A stretch of DNA of 45,340 nt from assembly GCA_963169515.1 (NCBI GenBank), contig CAUJEF010000068.1, positions 1 through 45,340 of the forward strand. Direction: 5' to 3'. Shown here piece after piece: positions 1-8,622 of this stretch; positions within the stretch are counted from its first letter, which is position 1; every line of letters starts with the position of its first letter. Below the pieces are notes generated by a model. The model had not been told where the DNA came from, searched no databases, and saw only the letters and a list, made by a program, of their open reading frames with translations. Source of the stretch: Bdellovibrionota bacterium (lineage in GTDB: Bacteria > Bdellovibrionota > Bdellovibrionia > Bdellovibrionales > JAEYZS01). A program made the position numbers and the translations under genes.

Positions 1-33
1 TGCGATTCTTTTGACTGTTTCTTTAGAAATCAT
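1..33 (-). CDS. gatC: 5' end of probable Asp/Glu-tRNA amidotransferase subunit C (runs off window)
   Basis: Not in the ORF track. The minus strand from ATG at 33 reads MISKETVKRIA, resembling GatC N-termini (ISxEEVxHIAxLARL), with a GAGG RBS just upstream. Only 11 codons are visible. Confidence 0.55.
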   Translation of the reverse strand, partial: MISKETVKRIA

Positions 34-135
34 ATGGCCTCTAGTCAAGCGTCTCACCGCTTTTGCTGTTCATTTCGGTAAACACAAAATATCTGACATT
101 TCCGGCATAATGGATATGGTATTTGCGTTGCGTTG

Positions 136-164
136 TTGACCTGGGTGCTTGTAAAAATTAGTCT
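136..164 (+). promoter_or_regulatory. Candidate sigma70 promoter for ligA
   Basis: TTGACC (136-141), 17 bp spacer, TAGTCT (159-164), about 40 bp upstream of the ligA ATG. Confidence 0.4.
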
Positions 165-205
165 ACCCACCAAAGCCCAATTGTCCTTGGCTGCAGGGCC
201 CTAAA

Positions 206-2248
206 ATGAAACGTGATGAAAAAGTCAGATATCGAATTGAAGAGCTTCGGCGGGTAATACAACAACACGACTATAATTATTTCGTGTTGGATAAACCCAT
301 CATCCCAGATTTTGAATATGATCGTCTTTTCTCTGAACTTAGAGGTCTCGAACAAAAGCATCCCGACCTAGTTACTGCAACTTCTCCTACCCAGCGGGTT
401 GGCAGCATTGCGCTGAATAAATTCCCCAAAGTAAAGCATCGTATCCCTATGCTGTCTCTTCAAAACAGCTATTCTCCCGACGAAATTGTGGCCTTCCATG
501 AACGGGTATTAAAATTCTTAAAAAAGGAAGATGACTTCCAAATCGAATATTTTTGCGAACCCAAATTCGATGGTCTTGCGATTGAATTAATATATGAAGG
601 GGGTGTCCTCACTCACGCTGTTACACGCGGAGACGGCACAACCGGAGAAGACGTGTTTCCCAACGCAAAGACAATTAGAACAATTCCGCTCCGCCTATAT
701 GACGAAAGCCCGCCGCCCTTGATCGAAATCCGCGGCGAAATTTTAATGTTTAAAAAAGATTTTTTGGAATTAAACACCCAACAGCAAGAAAACGGCCAAG
801 AGCCTTTTGCAAACCCAAGAAACGCGGCGGCCGGCACCCTTCGCCAGCTTGATCCGCAAGTTGTCGCCAGCCGAAGCTTAAAGTTTTTTGCATACGCCAT
901 CGGGAAGGCAGAGGGCATTACATTTTTTCACCAAAGCGATCTGGCCCCCCATTTTCGGAGATGGGGAATCCCCGTTGTTGGGACGACAGACCTGGCTTTG
1001 CTTAGCTACAAAAAAGGGCTTTCTTGCGTTTGTAAGAGCGTCGACGAGGCGGTTTCTTTTTACAAACGGATTGAAGAGATCCGCCATGAACTGCCGTTTG
1101 AAATTGATGGCATCGTAACCAAAGTAAACAGCTTTGAGCTTCAAACCGCCCTTGATTTTATTGCGCGAAGCCCAAGATGGGCGACCGCCGCGAAGTTCAC
1201 CCCAAGCCGAGCGGAAACAAAAATTTTAAACATCGTTGTTCAGGTTGGTCGCACTGGCGCACTGACGCCCGTTGCAATCATGGAGCCTGTTGTCGTTGGC
1301 GGCGTAACAATTACGCACGCCACTCTTCACAACCAGAGTGAGATTGACCGAAAAGACGTTCGCATTGGTGACTCGGTTATTGTTCATCGGGCAGGCGACG
1401 TGATACCTGAAATTATAGAAGTCCTTTTGGACAAACGAGAAAAAAATGCATCTCCTTACAAAATTCCAAGCAAATGTCCTGTTTGCAAATCAGATGCTGT
1501 AAAGCTAACGGGCGAGGCCGTTTCCCGCTGTGTTAACCCGGCTTGTGAGGCCAAGCTCCGCGAGTCACTAAAACATTTCGCCTCTAAGCGCGCCATGAAT
1601 ATTGAATCCTTAGGCGACAAAATGATTGATCTCCTGGTTGATAAAAAACTAATTCACACCTATTCCGACATTTATCGAATCACCTTTGACGATTTAATCG
1701 CTCTAGATCGGCAGGGAAACACGTCTGCACAAAACCTGATCAATAGTATTGAAAAAAGCAAAAAATCTTCACTCAATAATTTTATCTATGCCCTCGGCAT
1801 TCGTTTCGTTGGCGAACAGACTGCAAAGTTGCTTGCTGATTATTTTGGCGACTTAGATAAAATTATGGTCGCCACCCCGGAAGACCTGTTGCGTGTCGAC
1901 GGCATCGGAGAAAAAATGGCCTTCTCTATATACGAAGCCTTTCAGCAAAAATCGTTTAGAGACGAAATCAAAAGTCTTTTGAAACACGGGATTGAGTTTG
2001 AAATCCGTACTAAAAAAGGACGCCGACTAAGCGAGGTCACCTTTGTAATTACCGGAACCTTGCCAAAGCCGCGCGAAGAAATTAAGACTCAAATTGAAAA
2101 CGAAGGGGGCCATGTTCTCGCCAGTGTATCTAAAAAGACGAACTATTTATTGGCTGGCGATGAAGCGGGCAGCAAAATAGAAAACGCCAAGAAGCTTGGC
2201 GTTCCTATTATTGATTGGAATAAATTTCAAAAAATGCTTGAGAAATAA
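206..2248 (+). CDS. ligA: NAD-dependent DNA ligase
   Basis: 680 aa. KFDG adenylation motif, EIRGE, NPRNAAAG, EIDG, OB-fold VGRTG, Cys4 zinc finger (CPVC...CVNPAC), HhH repeats and C-terminal BRCT (FVITGTL...SVSKKTNYL). Confidence 0.98.
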   Translation: MKRDEKVRYRIEELRRVIQQHDYNYFVLDKPIIPDFEYDRLFSELRGLEQKHPDLVTATSPTQRVGSIALNKFPKVKHRIPMLSLQNSYSPDEIVAFHERVLKFLKKEDDFQIEYFCEPKFDGLAIELIYEGGVLTHAVTRGDGTTGEDVFPNAKTIRTIPLRLYDESPPPLIEIRGEILMFKKDFLELNTQQQENGQEPFANPRNAAAGTLRQLDPQVVASRSLKFFAYAIGKAEGITFFHQSDLAPHFRRWGIPVVGTTDLALLSYKKGLSCVCKSVDEAVSFYKRIEEIRHELPFEIDGIVTKVNSFELQTALDFIARSPRWATAAKFTPSRAETKILNIVVQVGRTGALTPVAIMEPVVVGGVTITHATLHNQSEIDRKDVRIGDSVIVHRAGDVIPEIIEVLLDKREKNASPYKIPSKCPVCKSDAVKLTGEAVSRCVNPACEAKLRESLKHFASKRAMNIESLGDKMIDLLVDKKLIHTYSDIYRITFDDLIALDRQGNTSAQNLINSIEKSKKSSLNNFIYALGIRFVGEQTAKLLADYFGDLDKIMVATPEDLLRVDGIGEKMAFSIYEAFQQKSFRDEIKSLLKHGIEFEIRTKKGRRLSEVTFVITGTLPKPREEIKTQIENEGGHVLASVSKKTNYLLAGDEAGSKIENAKKLGVPIIDWNKFQKMLEK

Positions 2249-2251
2249 ATG

Positions 2252-2446
2252 CTACAGGTGGTCGATTTTAATATCACGAGCCATAACGGTTTTACGACCG
2301 TCTGCTTTTGCGCTTTCACAACCTCTTTCACATAGTTGCTCTACCGCTTTACTTAAAACTTGGACCGTTTCAGAAGAGGTATTAAATCCGCTTTTTTCTT
2401 TTATAAACTTCTTCACCTTGCTGGTAACAACTAATATATCTGCCAT
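2252..2446 (-). CDS. Bacterial histone (single histone fold, Bd0055/HBb-like DNA-binding protein)
   Basis: 64 aa, basic. LVVTSKVKKFIK helix 1, long helix 2, and AKADGRKTVMARD matching the HMf/H3/H4-type L2 'RKT(I/V)xxxD' motif. Strong GGAGG RBS at 2451-2455. Confidence 0.92.
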   Translation of the reverse strand: MADILVVTSKVKKFIKEKSGFNTSSETVQVLSKAVEQLCERGCESAKADGRKTVMARDIKIDHL

Positions 2447-2455
2447 TCGACCTCC

Positions 2456-2479
2456 AAAAAGCTTGGGTTGGTTCCCAAG
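2456..2479 (-). promoter_or_regulatory. Hairpin plus U5 directly upstream of the histone RBS
   Basis: On the transcript: CUUGGG-AACCAA-CCCAAG, then C-UUUUU-GGAGG. The stem is a perfect 6 bp. Confidence 0.4.
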
Positions 2480-2591
2480 TAGATTAAAATGTATCCTAAA
2501 ATTTATAAGTCATTGTTCTTTGCTTAGACCACTTAATTTTGAGGTTTTGGGCGGTTGCACAACAAAATATGTGTAAACGCGCCGCGTTTGG

Positions 2592-4112
2592 TTAGCCTGC
2601 TTGATTGGATGGATAGAGCTTTTTTCGTTCTTTTCGTGTGTAAAAAGGGCGTGCTTTATAAGTCTGTTTTGACGTCCCATTTGAAAACTCTCGAAGTTCT
2701 GCCTTTCGAGTGCCGTCTTCGCTTGGCGTTAACCAGATAAAAAGCTTTTTTGAAAATAGCTTTGTGCACTCTACGTCAAGAAAGGCCGGCGACCAGCTGC
2801 CGCTGTTCAAATGCTCAATTTCGCCTGCGATCTCATGCCTGGGTATATGAGTATGACCATAAACGATTCTTTTCACACGCGTGATTTTTGAAGAAATACT
2901 TAAAATCATTTCGTCAGGTTCTTTGTAGCGATGCACCTCAGATCGAATCGACTTTGAATAAAAGATGAAAAAGGGAACACATATCGCAAGCGGAATGAAC
3001 ATCCAAAAAAACGAAATACTAAACTGAAGCTTAATTAAGGTGAAAATCCAAAAAATAATTAAAAAAGAAAGCAATACTATAAAAGCACGATCAAGCCAGA
3101 GCTCCTGTGCCATCCGAAGCGGGTAGCTCGTCGCGGGGTGTGCCGCAAGCTCCTTGAGCTCTCGTACCATTCTCGGCGTCGCATTGGATTTATTCGCAAT
3201 CTCGTTGATTCGGTCTTCAATTGTTAGTGGATCTTTCAGGTCTGGAAGCAATCGATCTGTAAACGAATGAATAAGCGTCAAAAAAGAGCCCCAAAGCCAA
3301 GAAAACATAATAAGCGGTTCCGACTTCATCATGTACTTAACAAAAAAATTAATATATTCCTTGAAACTCATGATGTAGTTGGAATCCACATGGGGGTTAA
3401 AAAACCCCATTCCGTTAATCAAGTATCGGCAGGCTAAGTCGCCAAAAGGCAATCGCACCTCGATGCGATTAAATTTTTGAATCAATGGGTTAATCGGATT
3501 TTGACACAGACAATAAGGATCATATTGATTCCCATGTTCTATAAGAGTATCTCCGTTAGAGATATAAAACCACTCACAGAAACGAAGCCGGGCGTTTTCT
3601 TCGTCGGTCAAGCCCAGGGTCTTTCGAATTTCTTTTTGGACCCCTGGGTAATGTAGCTCTAGATCGTGATTCCCAATAACAACAACGACTCGATTCCCCT
3701 CTCTTACAAACTTCGTCAAAGACTTTACAAATAAGTCGTGATCTTTCAAAATCACCTTAATTTTAAAAACGGATTTTGCTTCTTCGGCAAATAGGCCTCT
3801 TTTTTTTTCTATCCAAGAAATGCTGTATGGCGCGTCCGGCGGCAAAGCCATAACGCTATCAAAGTCAAAAATGTCTCCATTTAGAACAAGCTCAACCATT
3901 TCCCCCTTTGCCTCTTTTTGTATATGATCTAGAAATCCGCTGAGCTGCTCATCAAAAAAAAACTGTCTTGTTTTATATTTCTTCCAAAGTGGTCGCTCTT
4001 TGTGTTCTGGTTCTGCTTCCGTAAGATGAATATCAGAAATCACAGCCGTAAATTTCGTCTTCGAAAAGTTTTTTAATACATCTTCTTCATTTTGGCTTGT
4101 GTGTGTCATCAT
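2592..4112 (-). CDS. Calcineurin-like metallophosphoesterase with two internal transmembrane helices
   Basis: Motifs SDIH, NGDIFD, GNHD, EHG and GHTH. Hydrophobic hairpin AFIVLLSFLIIFWIFTLI...FFWMFIPLAICVPFFIFY lies before the last motif. Confidence 0.85.
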   Translation of the reverse strand: MMTHTSQNEEDVLKNFSKTKFTAVISDIHLTEAEPEHKERPLWKKYKTRQFFFDEQLSGFLDHIQKEAKGEMVELVLNGDIFDFDSVMALPPDAPYSISWIEKKRGLFAEEAKSVFKIKVILKDHDLFVKSLTKFVREGNRVVVVIGNHDLELHYPGVQKEIRKTLGLTDEENARLRFCEWFYISNGDTLIEHGNQYDPYCLCQNPINPLIQKFNRIEVRLPFGDLACRYLINGMGFFNPHVDSNYIMSFKEYINFFVKYMMKSEPLIMFSWLWGSFLTLIHSFTDRLLPDLKDPLTIEDRINEIANKSNATPRMVRELKELAAHPATSYPLRMAQELWLDRAFIVLLSFLIIFWIFTLIKLQFSISFFWMFIPLAICVPFFIFYSKSIRSEVHRYKEPDEMILSISSKITRVKRIVYGHTHIPRHEIAGEIEHLNSGSWSPAFLDVECTKLFSKKLFIWLTPSEDGTRKAELREFSNGTSKQTYKARPFYTRKERKKLYPSNQAG

Positions 4113-4252
4113 ATGGATACCAACTGATTAACTTTAATCGGCTCTTTTTGAGAAAAAAGGAAGATTATTTCTTTATGTCGTAAGACATTAGAAAAGCGCC
4201 GCTGACAGGCAATCGTTAACAAGTTATACATGGTTCTCATTCTGAATCAACC

Positions 4253-4265
4253 TAAGTGCCTGAAA
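4253..4265. promoter_or_regulatory. IHF-like binding site upstream of the sigma54 promoter
   Basis: TAAGTGCCTGAAA, whose reverse complement TTTCAG-GCAC-TTA has 1 mismatch to WATCARNNNNTTR. It lies about 25 bp upstream of the -24 element. Confidence 0.4.
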
Positions 4266-4288
4266 CTTTGACGTTTTTTGATGAGTTC

Positions 4289-4305
4289 CTGGCATTGCCT
4301 TTGCT
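4289..4305 (+). promoter_or_regulatory. sigma54 (-24/-12) promoter
   Basis: CTGGCATTGCCTTTGCT, with GG (4291-92) and GC (4303-04) exactly 10 nt apart. One mismatch to TGGCAC-N5-TTGCW. Confidence 0.7.
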
Positions 4306-4319
4306 GTATATGTGAGCAT

Positions 4320-5864
4320 ATGGAACGAAGATCAAGGAAGAGAAAAAGTACCGCGATAGAGCGCCGGCTATTAGCGAGAAAAAAGTCCGTTCCTAAATGG
4401 AAAAAATTTATTAAAAACACCTTTGCCGCAACTGCCCTGGCAACATCTCAATTTGTAGTGGTTACCCCTCTTATCTATCTAACCTGCGCTGCGCTTAATT
4501 TTAAAGAAGACCTTCGGCTTGCAAAAGAAGATGACTTTCAAGACTCCTCGTTAATGTCTTTTGTCGTAGGCGAAGACCCTCCGGACGAAGTTTTCGACTA
4601 CATTGATTTCCCCGGATCGACCCTCGCCCTTGTTCCAGATCACAATCGAAGGCCCAGCAATGAAATTTCTAAAAAAGACATTCTATCAGACAAAGAAAAG
4701 CGAATTTCGCCCGAGTTTAGGGTCCCGGAGGCCCTCTATAACCGCACGGCTTTTTGGTATGATGTCTATACAAAATATTCCAACCAACAGCATGTATTTC
4801 ATAATCGCGACTTCCCCTGGATCGTCTACTCTGTTTCTGATGTAACTTCAATAATGAAGAACACCTCTTACAAAAACAAATGGACAAAGTTCCATCTGGC
4901 AAAACAAAAGGTTGTGCGAGACCGACAGCGTGTACGAAGCGCCCTTCTTGCTCTGGCCAAAAAAGACTTCAATAAATTGACTGGCGAAGATTTGGCGCTT
5001 TACAAATTATTCGATGAGATCCCTGGGAAAAATCGTCGCAAAATCATTCGAGATGCGGCATATACAATGCGCACACAGACCGGACAAAGGGAGTTTATCG
5101 AGAAAGGAATTTCTGAAAGCGCTCAGTATCTCCCGCACATGGAAAATGTTTTTAGCGAACAGGGCCTTCCGACAGAGCTAACTCGAATGCCCTTTGTAGA
5201 AAGCAGCTTTAATACCGCGGCCGAAAGTAAGGTGGGCGCAAGCGGCATTTGGCAATTTATGCCGACGACAGGAAAACAGTTTATGAAAGTCGGAGATCAC
5301 ATTGATGAAAGAAACTCTCCTTTAAAGGCGACAGTTGCCGCCGCAAAATTATTAAAGCAATATTATAAGGCTTTGGGGGCGTGGCCACTTGCGGTAACTG
5401 CGTATAATCATGGCCTTGGCAGCCTCCAAGAGGCCGTTAAAAAAACAAAATCAAAAGATATTTCATACATTATCAATAACTACAGAACAAAGAGTTTTGA
5501 TTTTGCCTCTCCCAATTTTTTTCCATCTTTCTTGGCAATCCTTCATGCAGAAAAATATCACGACGCAATCTATGGCCAAATCAAAAAAAATACGATCCTC
5601 GCCTTCAAAGAAGTTCGTTTGAAAAAAGGAATTCGAATTTCAAAGCTCCTTCGAGTTCTAAAAATGGACATGAATCAGTTTAAATTCTTCAACAAAGATA
5701 TTAGTGATGATTCGTTTAAGTTGAATCTTTCTTTGCCCCGCGGGTTTCGCCTGCATCTACCAGACAAATATTTGGATAAATACGTCGAGTACGAAAAGAA
5801 TCTTCTTCGCTCTCGCAGCCAGGGACGCATCACTATTACGAGCCAAAAGAAGCGGGAGTCTTAA
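4320..5864 (+). CDS. Lytic murein transglycosylase (SLT domain, MltD-like), N-terminally membrane-anchored
   Basis: PFVESSFN catalytic Glu, GASGIWQFM, AYNHG and a degenerate LysM-like C-terminus. Basic N-tail followed by a hydrophobic segment. Start moved to ATG 4320 because the ORF-track start (4278) lies upstream of the sigma54 promoter. Confidence 0.88.
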   Translation: MERRSRKRKSTAIERRLLARKKSVPKWKKFIKNTFAATALATSQFVVVTPLIYLTCAALNFKEDLRLAKEDDFQDSSLMSFVVGEDPPDEVFDYIDFPGSTLALVPDHNRRPSNEISKKDILSDKEKRISPEFRVPEALYNRTAFWYDVYTKYSNQQHVFHNRDFPWIVYSVSDVTSIMKNTSYKNKWTKFHLAKQKVVRDRQRVRSALLALAKKDFNKLTGEDLALYKLFDEIPGKNRRKIIRDAAYTMRTQTGQREFIEKGISESAQYLPHMENVFSEQGLPTELTRMPFVESSFNTAAESKVGASGIWQFMPTTGKQFMKVGDHIDERNSPLKATVAAAKLLKQYYKALGAWPLAVTAYNHGLGSLQEAVKKTKSKDISYIINNYRTKSFDFASPNFFPSFLAILHAEKYHDAIYGQIKKNTILAFKEVRLKKGIRISKLLRVLKMDMNQFKFFNKDISDDSFKLNLSLPRGFRLHLPDKYLDKYVEYEKNLLRSRSQGRITITSQKKRES

Positions 5865-5875
5865 GGATGTCCCGA

Positions 5876-8131
5876 TTAATAGTTTGGATTGAAAACATTG
5901 ATAACGTCTGGGTCTGACAGCGCTGTATGAATTTGCGTTTGCTGTATCCCTTTATAGTTCATAAGAATCGTTCGAACACCAGGAACTGCGTTGAAAATTA
6001 TAAATCCGCCTCCCAGAGGGGCGCTTGTCCCACCAACTAAGATATCGCCCTTTGAATCAAAATAGACAATGTCTGTCTCGTTATCTATACCAAGTGGATC
6101 CAGCTCAATACGCATATCCGCTTTCCTTGCTATGCCAACAATAATCCCCCGGTCCACATTTTGGTTAATGCGAGTTCGGGCAAGTGCTGCTGTAATCCAT
6201 TCATAAGAAACAACCGGAATCATAACTTGCTTCTGCGCTTTATCAACTGTAGCGCGAGAAACAAAATGATGTGTACTGTCTGTTCGCGCCTCTAGAACTT
6301 GGATTCCCTCTTTCCCAGAGAAATTCACAATATGCTTTCCCGTTTTTGAATATGCTGTCTTATCCGATCCTATGAATTTAATTTCAGAAGGCATTGGCTC
6401 GCTTGTTTCCAAATCAAACACATAAACTTCGGACTGTGATTTTTTCTGCCATTGAACCGTAACCGTCGACACAAATCCTCGATCTACTACAACAACTTGT
6501 GGTGGAAATAATTTGCCCTTATGGCGCGCTCGAACAATATAAATTCCTGGGTCAACGTCAAAGATCGCAAAGCGACCGTTTGAAGTTGTTGCCTTAAGCG
6601 AAGCGTCTGGGATTACTCCGCCGACAAAATACGTCGGCTGCAAGGCTTGCTCACTCGACACAACCTCGATCTCAGCATCAGAAATTGATACACTACCAAT
6701 TTTTACCTCACCCCAAATGATACCTGTCTTTTTTAATTTAGATGCCCCTATGTTGAGCTGCTCAAACCATGACCGAACTGTTTCGTCCCCGAACAGTGTA
6801 TGCTTGAAAACTTGCCCCGCTGTTTTAAACAGCATACTCCCCCAAAACCCATCTTTTTGTGCCCTGATTACCATCGTTGAGTCCGTCAGAATCTGAGCGC
6901 TGTCTTTGCCTGTGCTATCCGTTTTCCCCAGATCCATAAAATCATTAATCGATACGCTTGCCCCATCAACCTTTTGTTCGTCATCAAACGAATAGCCGGA
7001 CACCGTGACTATATTTGCTGATCCCACGACAGGTTTTATTTTTAATGGAATGTTTCTCAAGTCATCATATGTTTTTTGGTTTCGAATCGTTTCGTTTAAA
7101 AGAATCTCTCCGCGCCCCAATATTTGCTGATCTATCGTACGAAGTTCTGCAACAACAACGCCGTCTTGAGGGTTTCTAACAAAAATTTCATATCGCCCCT
7201 CTTTAATTACAACATTTCCTTCTTCCAATAACGTAGTCCCCGCTTGACGATACACCTTTATATATTGATCGTTTCCTAGGTATGCCAAACCATCCGCCAT
7301 TTCAATAGGACCCGAGATCAAGAGCTGTGGCTCTGCCAACAAACTTGCTTCTGCTGAGGTAGGTTGCACGGCCGTACGCAATGGCATCTCGGTTTGATCT
7401 TCGCCCATGTCGCGATTGTCTGCTACCGTTACTCCTGTGTCTGGCAAACTCGGCTGGCGAGTGGAATCATTGTTTGAGAGCAGTTTTTTCGCCTGCTGTT
7501 CAAAGGTTGGCTGTGACCAGTCCGCAGCGAGCACGCTATCCAAATTTTGTACTCCTTCAAGGCGCGCCCTCTGAGATGCCGTCAAATTTCCCATAATTTG
7601 ATTTCTTAAATAAAACCGCTTGATATCTTCAAACTGTTGATATGGATTTTTCGTAGAATCGGGTCTGTATTCTACAATATCCTGAGCGCGATCTCTCTCT
7701 TGTATTGTTTGGGGAGGCGGCGGCTTTCCATTGTCGCTTTTAGGTAGCGCTTTTAAAAGCATCATTACGTTGGGGCTATTTTTTTGAATCTTTATCCCAG
7801 ACAGACGAACAATTTCGTTTGTGTCTTTCGCGGGCACCAATTCGTCTTCCGCCACAGCCACAACGGTTTCTGTCGCGACTTTTCGAGCAATCTCTAGCGC
7901 TCGTTTTGTCAGGTCAAACATACCTGAGCGCAGCGGTATACCGACCGTCACTACAGGAACGATCTGCTTCATCATTTTTGGCTTAAGTTGCTCATCTTCA
8001 AAAATTGCTAGCGGCGGAGATTTTTTTGAGACACGGATGGATATTCCCTCCTGATGTCTAACAACATAGTTATTGATAGACTGAGGAATCATAGAAATCA
8101 AAATGAGAGTAACCAATTTGAGCTTTAGCAA
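5876..8131 (-). CDS. Large exported hypothetical protein with repeated beta-sandwich (carboxypeptidase-regulatory-like) modules
   Basis: 751-aa ORF with a hydrophobic N-terminus. Patterns such as GASVSI, TTSNGRFAIFDVDPGIYIVRA and FIIFNAVPGVRTI are typical of prealbumin-like folds. Confidence 0.65.
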   Translation of the reverse strand: MLKLKLVTLILISMIPQSINNYVVRHQEGISIRVSKKSPPLAIFEDEQLKPKMMKQIVPVVTVGIPLRSGMFDLTKRALEIARKVATETVVAVAEDELVPAKDTNEIVRLSGIKIQKNSPNVMMLLKALPKSDNGKPPPPQTIQERDRAQDIVEYRPDSTKNPYQQFEDIKRFYLRNQIMGNLTASQRARLEGVQNLDSVLAADWSQPTFEQQAKKLLSNNDSTRQPSLPDTGVTVADNRDMGEDQTEMPLRTAVQPTSAEASLLAEPQLLISGPIEMADGLAYLGNDQYIKVYRQAGTTLLEEGNVVIKEGRYEIFVRNPQDGVVVAELRTIDQQILGRGEILLNETIRNQKTYDDLRNIPLKIKPVVGSANIVTVSGYSFDDEQKVDGASVSINDFMDLGKTDSTGKDSAQILTDSTMVIRAQKDGFWGSMLFKTAGQVFKHTLFGDETVRSWFEQLNIGASKLKKTGIIWGEVKIGSVSISDAEIEVVSSEQALQPTYFVGGVIPDASLKATTSNGRFAIFDVDPGIYIVRARHKGKLFPPQVVVVDRGFVSTVTVQWQKKSQSEVYVFDLETSEPMPSEIKFIGSDKTAYSKTGKHIVNFSGKEGIQVLEARTDSTHHFVSRATVDKAQKQVMIPVVSYEWITAALARTRINQNVDRGIIVGIARKADMRIELDPLGIDNETDIVYFDSKGDILVGGTSAPLGGGFIIFNAVPGVRTILMNYKGIQQTQIHTALSDPDVINVFNPNY

Positions 8132-8178
8132 TTATTCCATCCGTGAATAATCAGTTTTCTCTTAACAATTTAGTGTAT

Positions 8179-8622
8179 TTAGAAAGCGCGGAAGTCGTCA
8201 AATAGGTTCTTATTCTTACGACGTTTGGCAAGCTCACTTTGAACTTTTGTGACTATCCTTTTGGATAGGGATTCCTCACCAACGTAGGGGGTACCGTTCT
8301 GAAATGCCTCTTGCGGTTCCATCGTCATGTTCGACGAAACAACATTAACCTCAACCGATAAATTATATGGTCGCCGATTTCCTAAAACGACGGTTTTAAT
8401 CACTAGAACAACGGGCCTGTCCCCTTCTACTTTTGCTTTATATTGTTTTGTGTAATACTCTCGCGCATTAGGGCTAACAAATCCAACCTCCGCCGGAAGG
8501 GACTCACCCACGGCTTTTTGAATATCCTGCAGTGAGTAGTCAAGCGGCTCCGAATTGTACCCGCTTGTAACACAGCCGGTGAGTATCCAAAATAATACTG
8601 AAAGTTTAAATAGTTGCTTGAT
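8179..8622 (-). CDS. Putative lipoprotein (start probably non-canonical ATC 8622 or ATT 8637)
   Basis: The frame of the 110-aa ORF stays open upstream to 8640 and encodes [17 protein letters not shown] (lipobox LTGC, Cys codon 8574-8572). There is no ATG, GTG or TTG in frame before the Cys. Confidence 0.65.
   Translation of the reverse strand: MKQLFKLSVLFWILTGCVTSGYNSEPLDYSLQDIQKAVGESLPAEVGFVSPNAREYYTKQYKAKVEGDRPVVLVIKTVVLGNRRPYNLSVEVNVVSSNMTMEPQEAFQNGTPYVGEESLSKRIVTKVQSELAKRRKNKNLFDDFRAF

Noticed and set aside
2506..2518. IHF-like TAAGTCATTGTTC upstream of the histone gene
   Set aside because: Two mismatches to the consensus in AT-rich DNA, so not distinguishable from chance.
2575..2589. 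Inverted repeat AAACGCG-C-CGCGTTT after the metallophosphoesterase stop
   Set aside because: It could be a weak terminator or operator, but it is short and has no U-tract beyond the stem.
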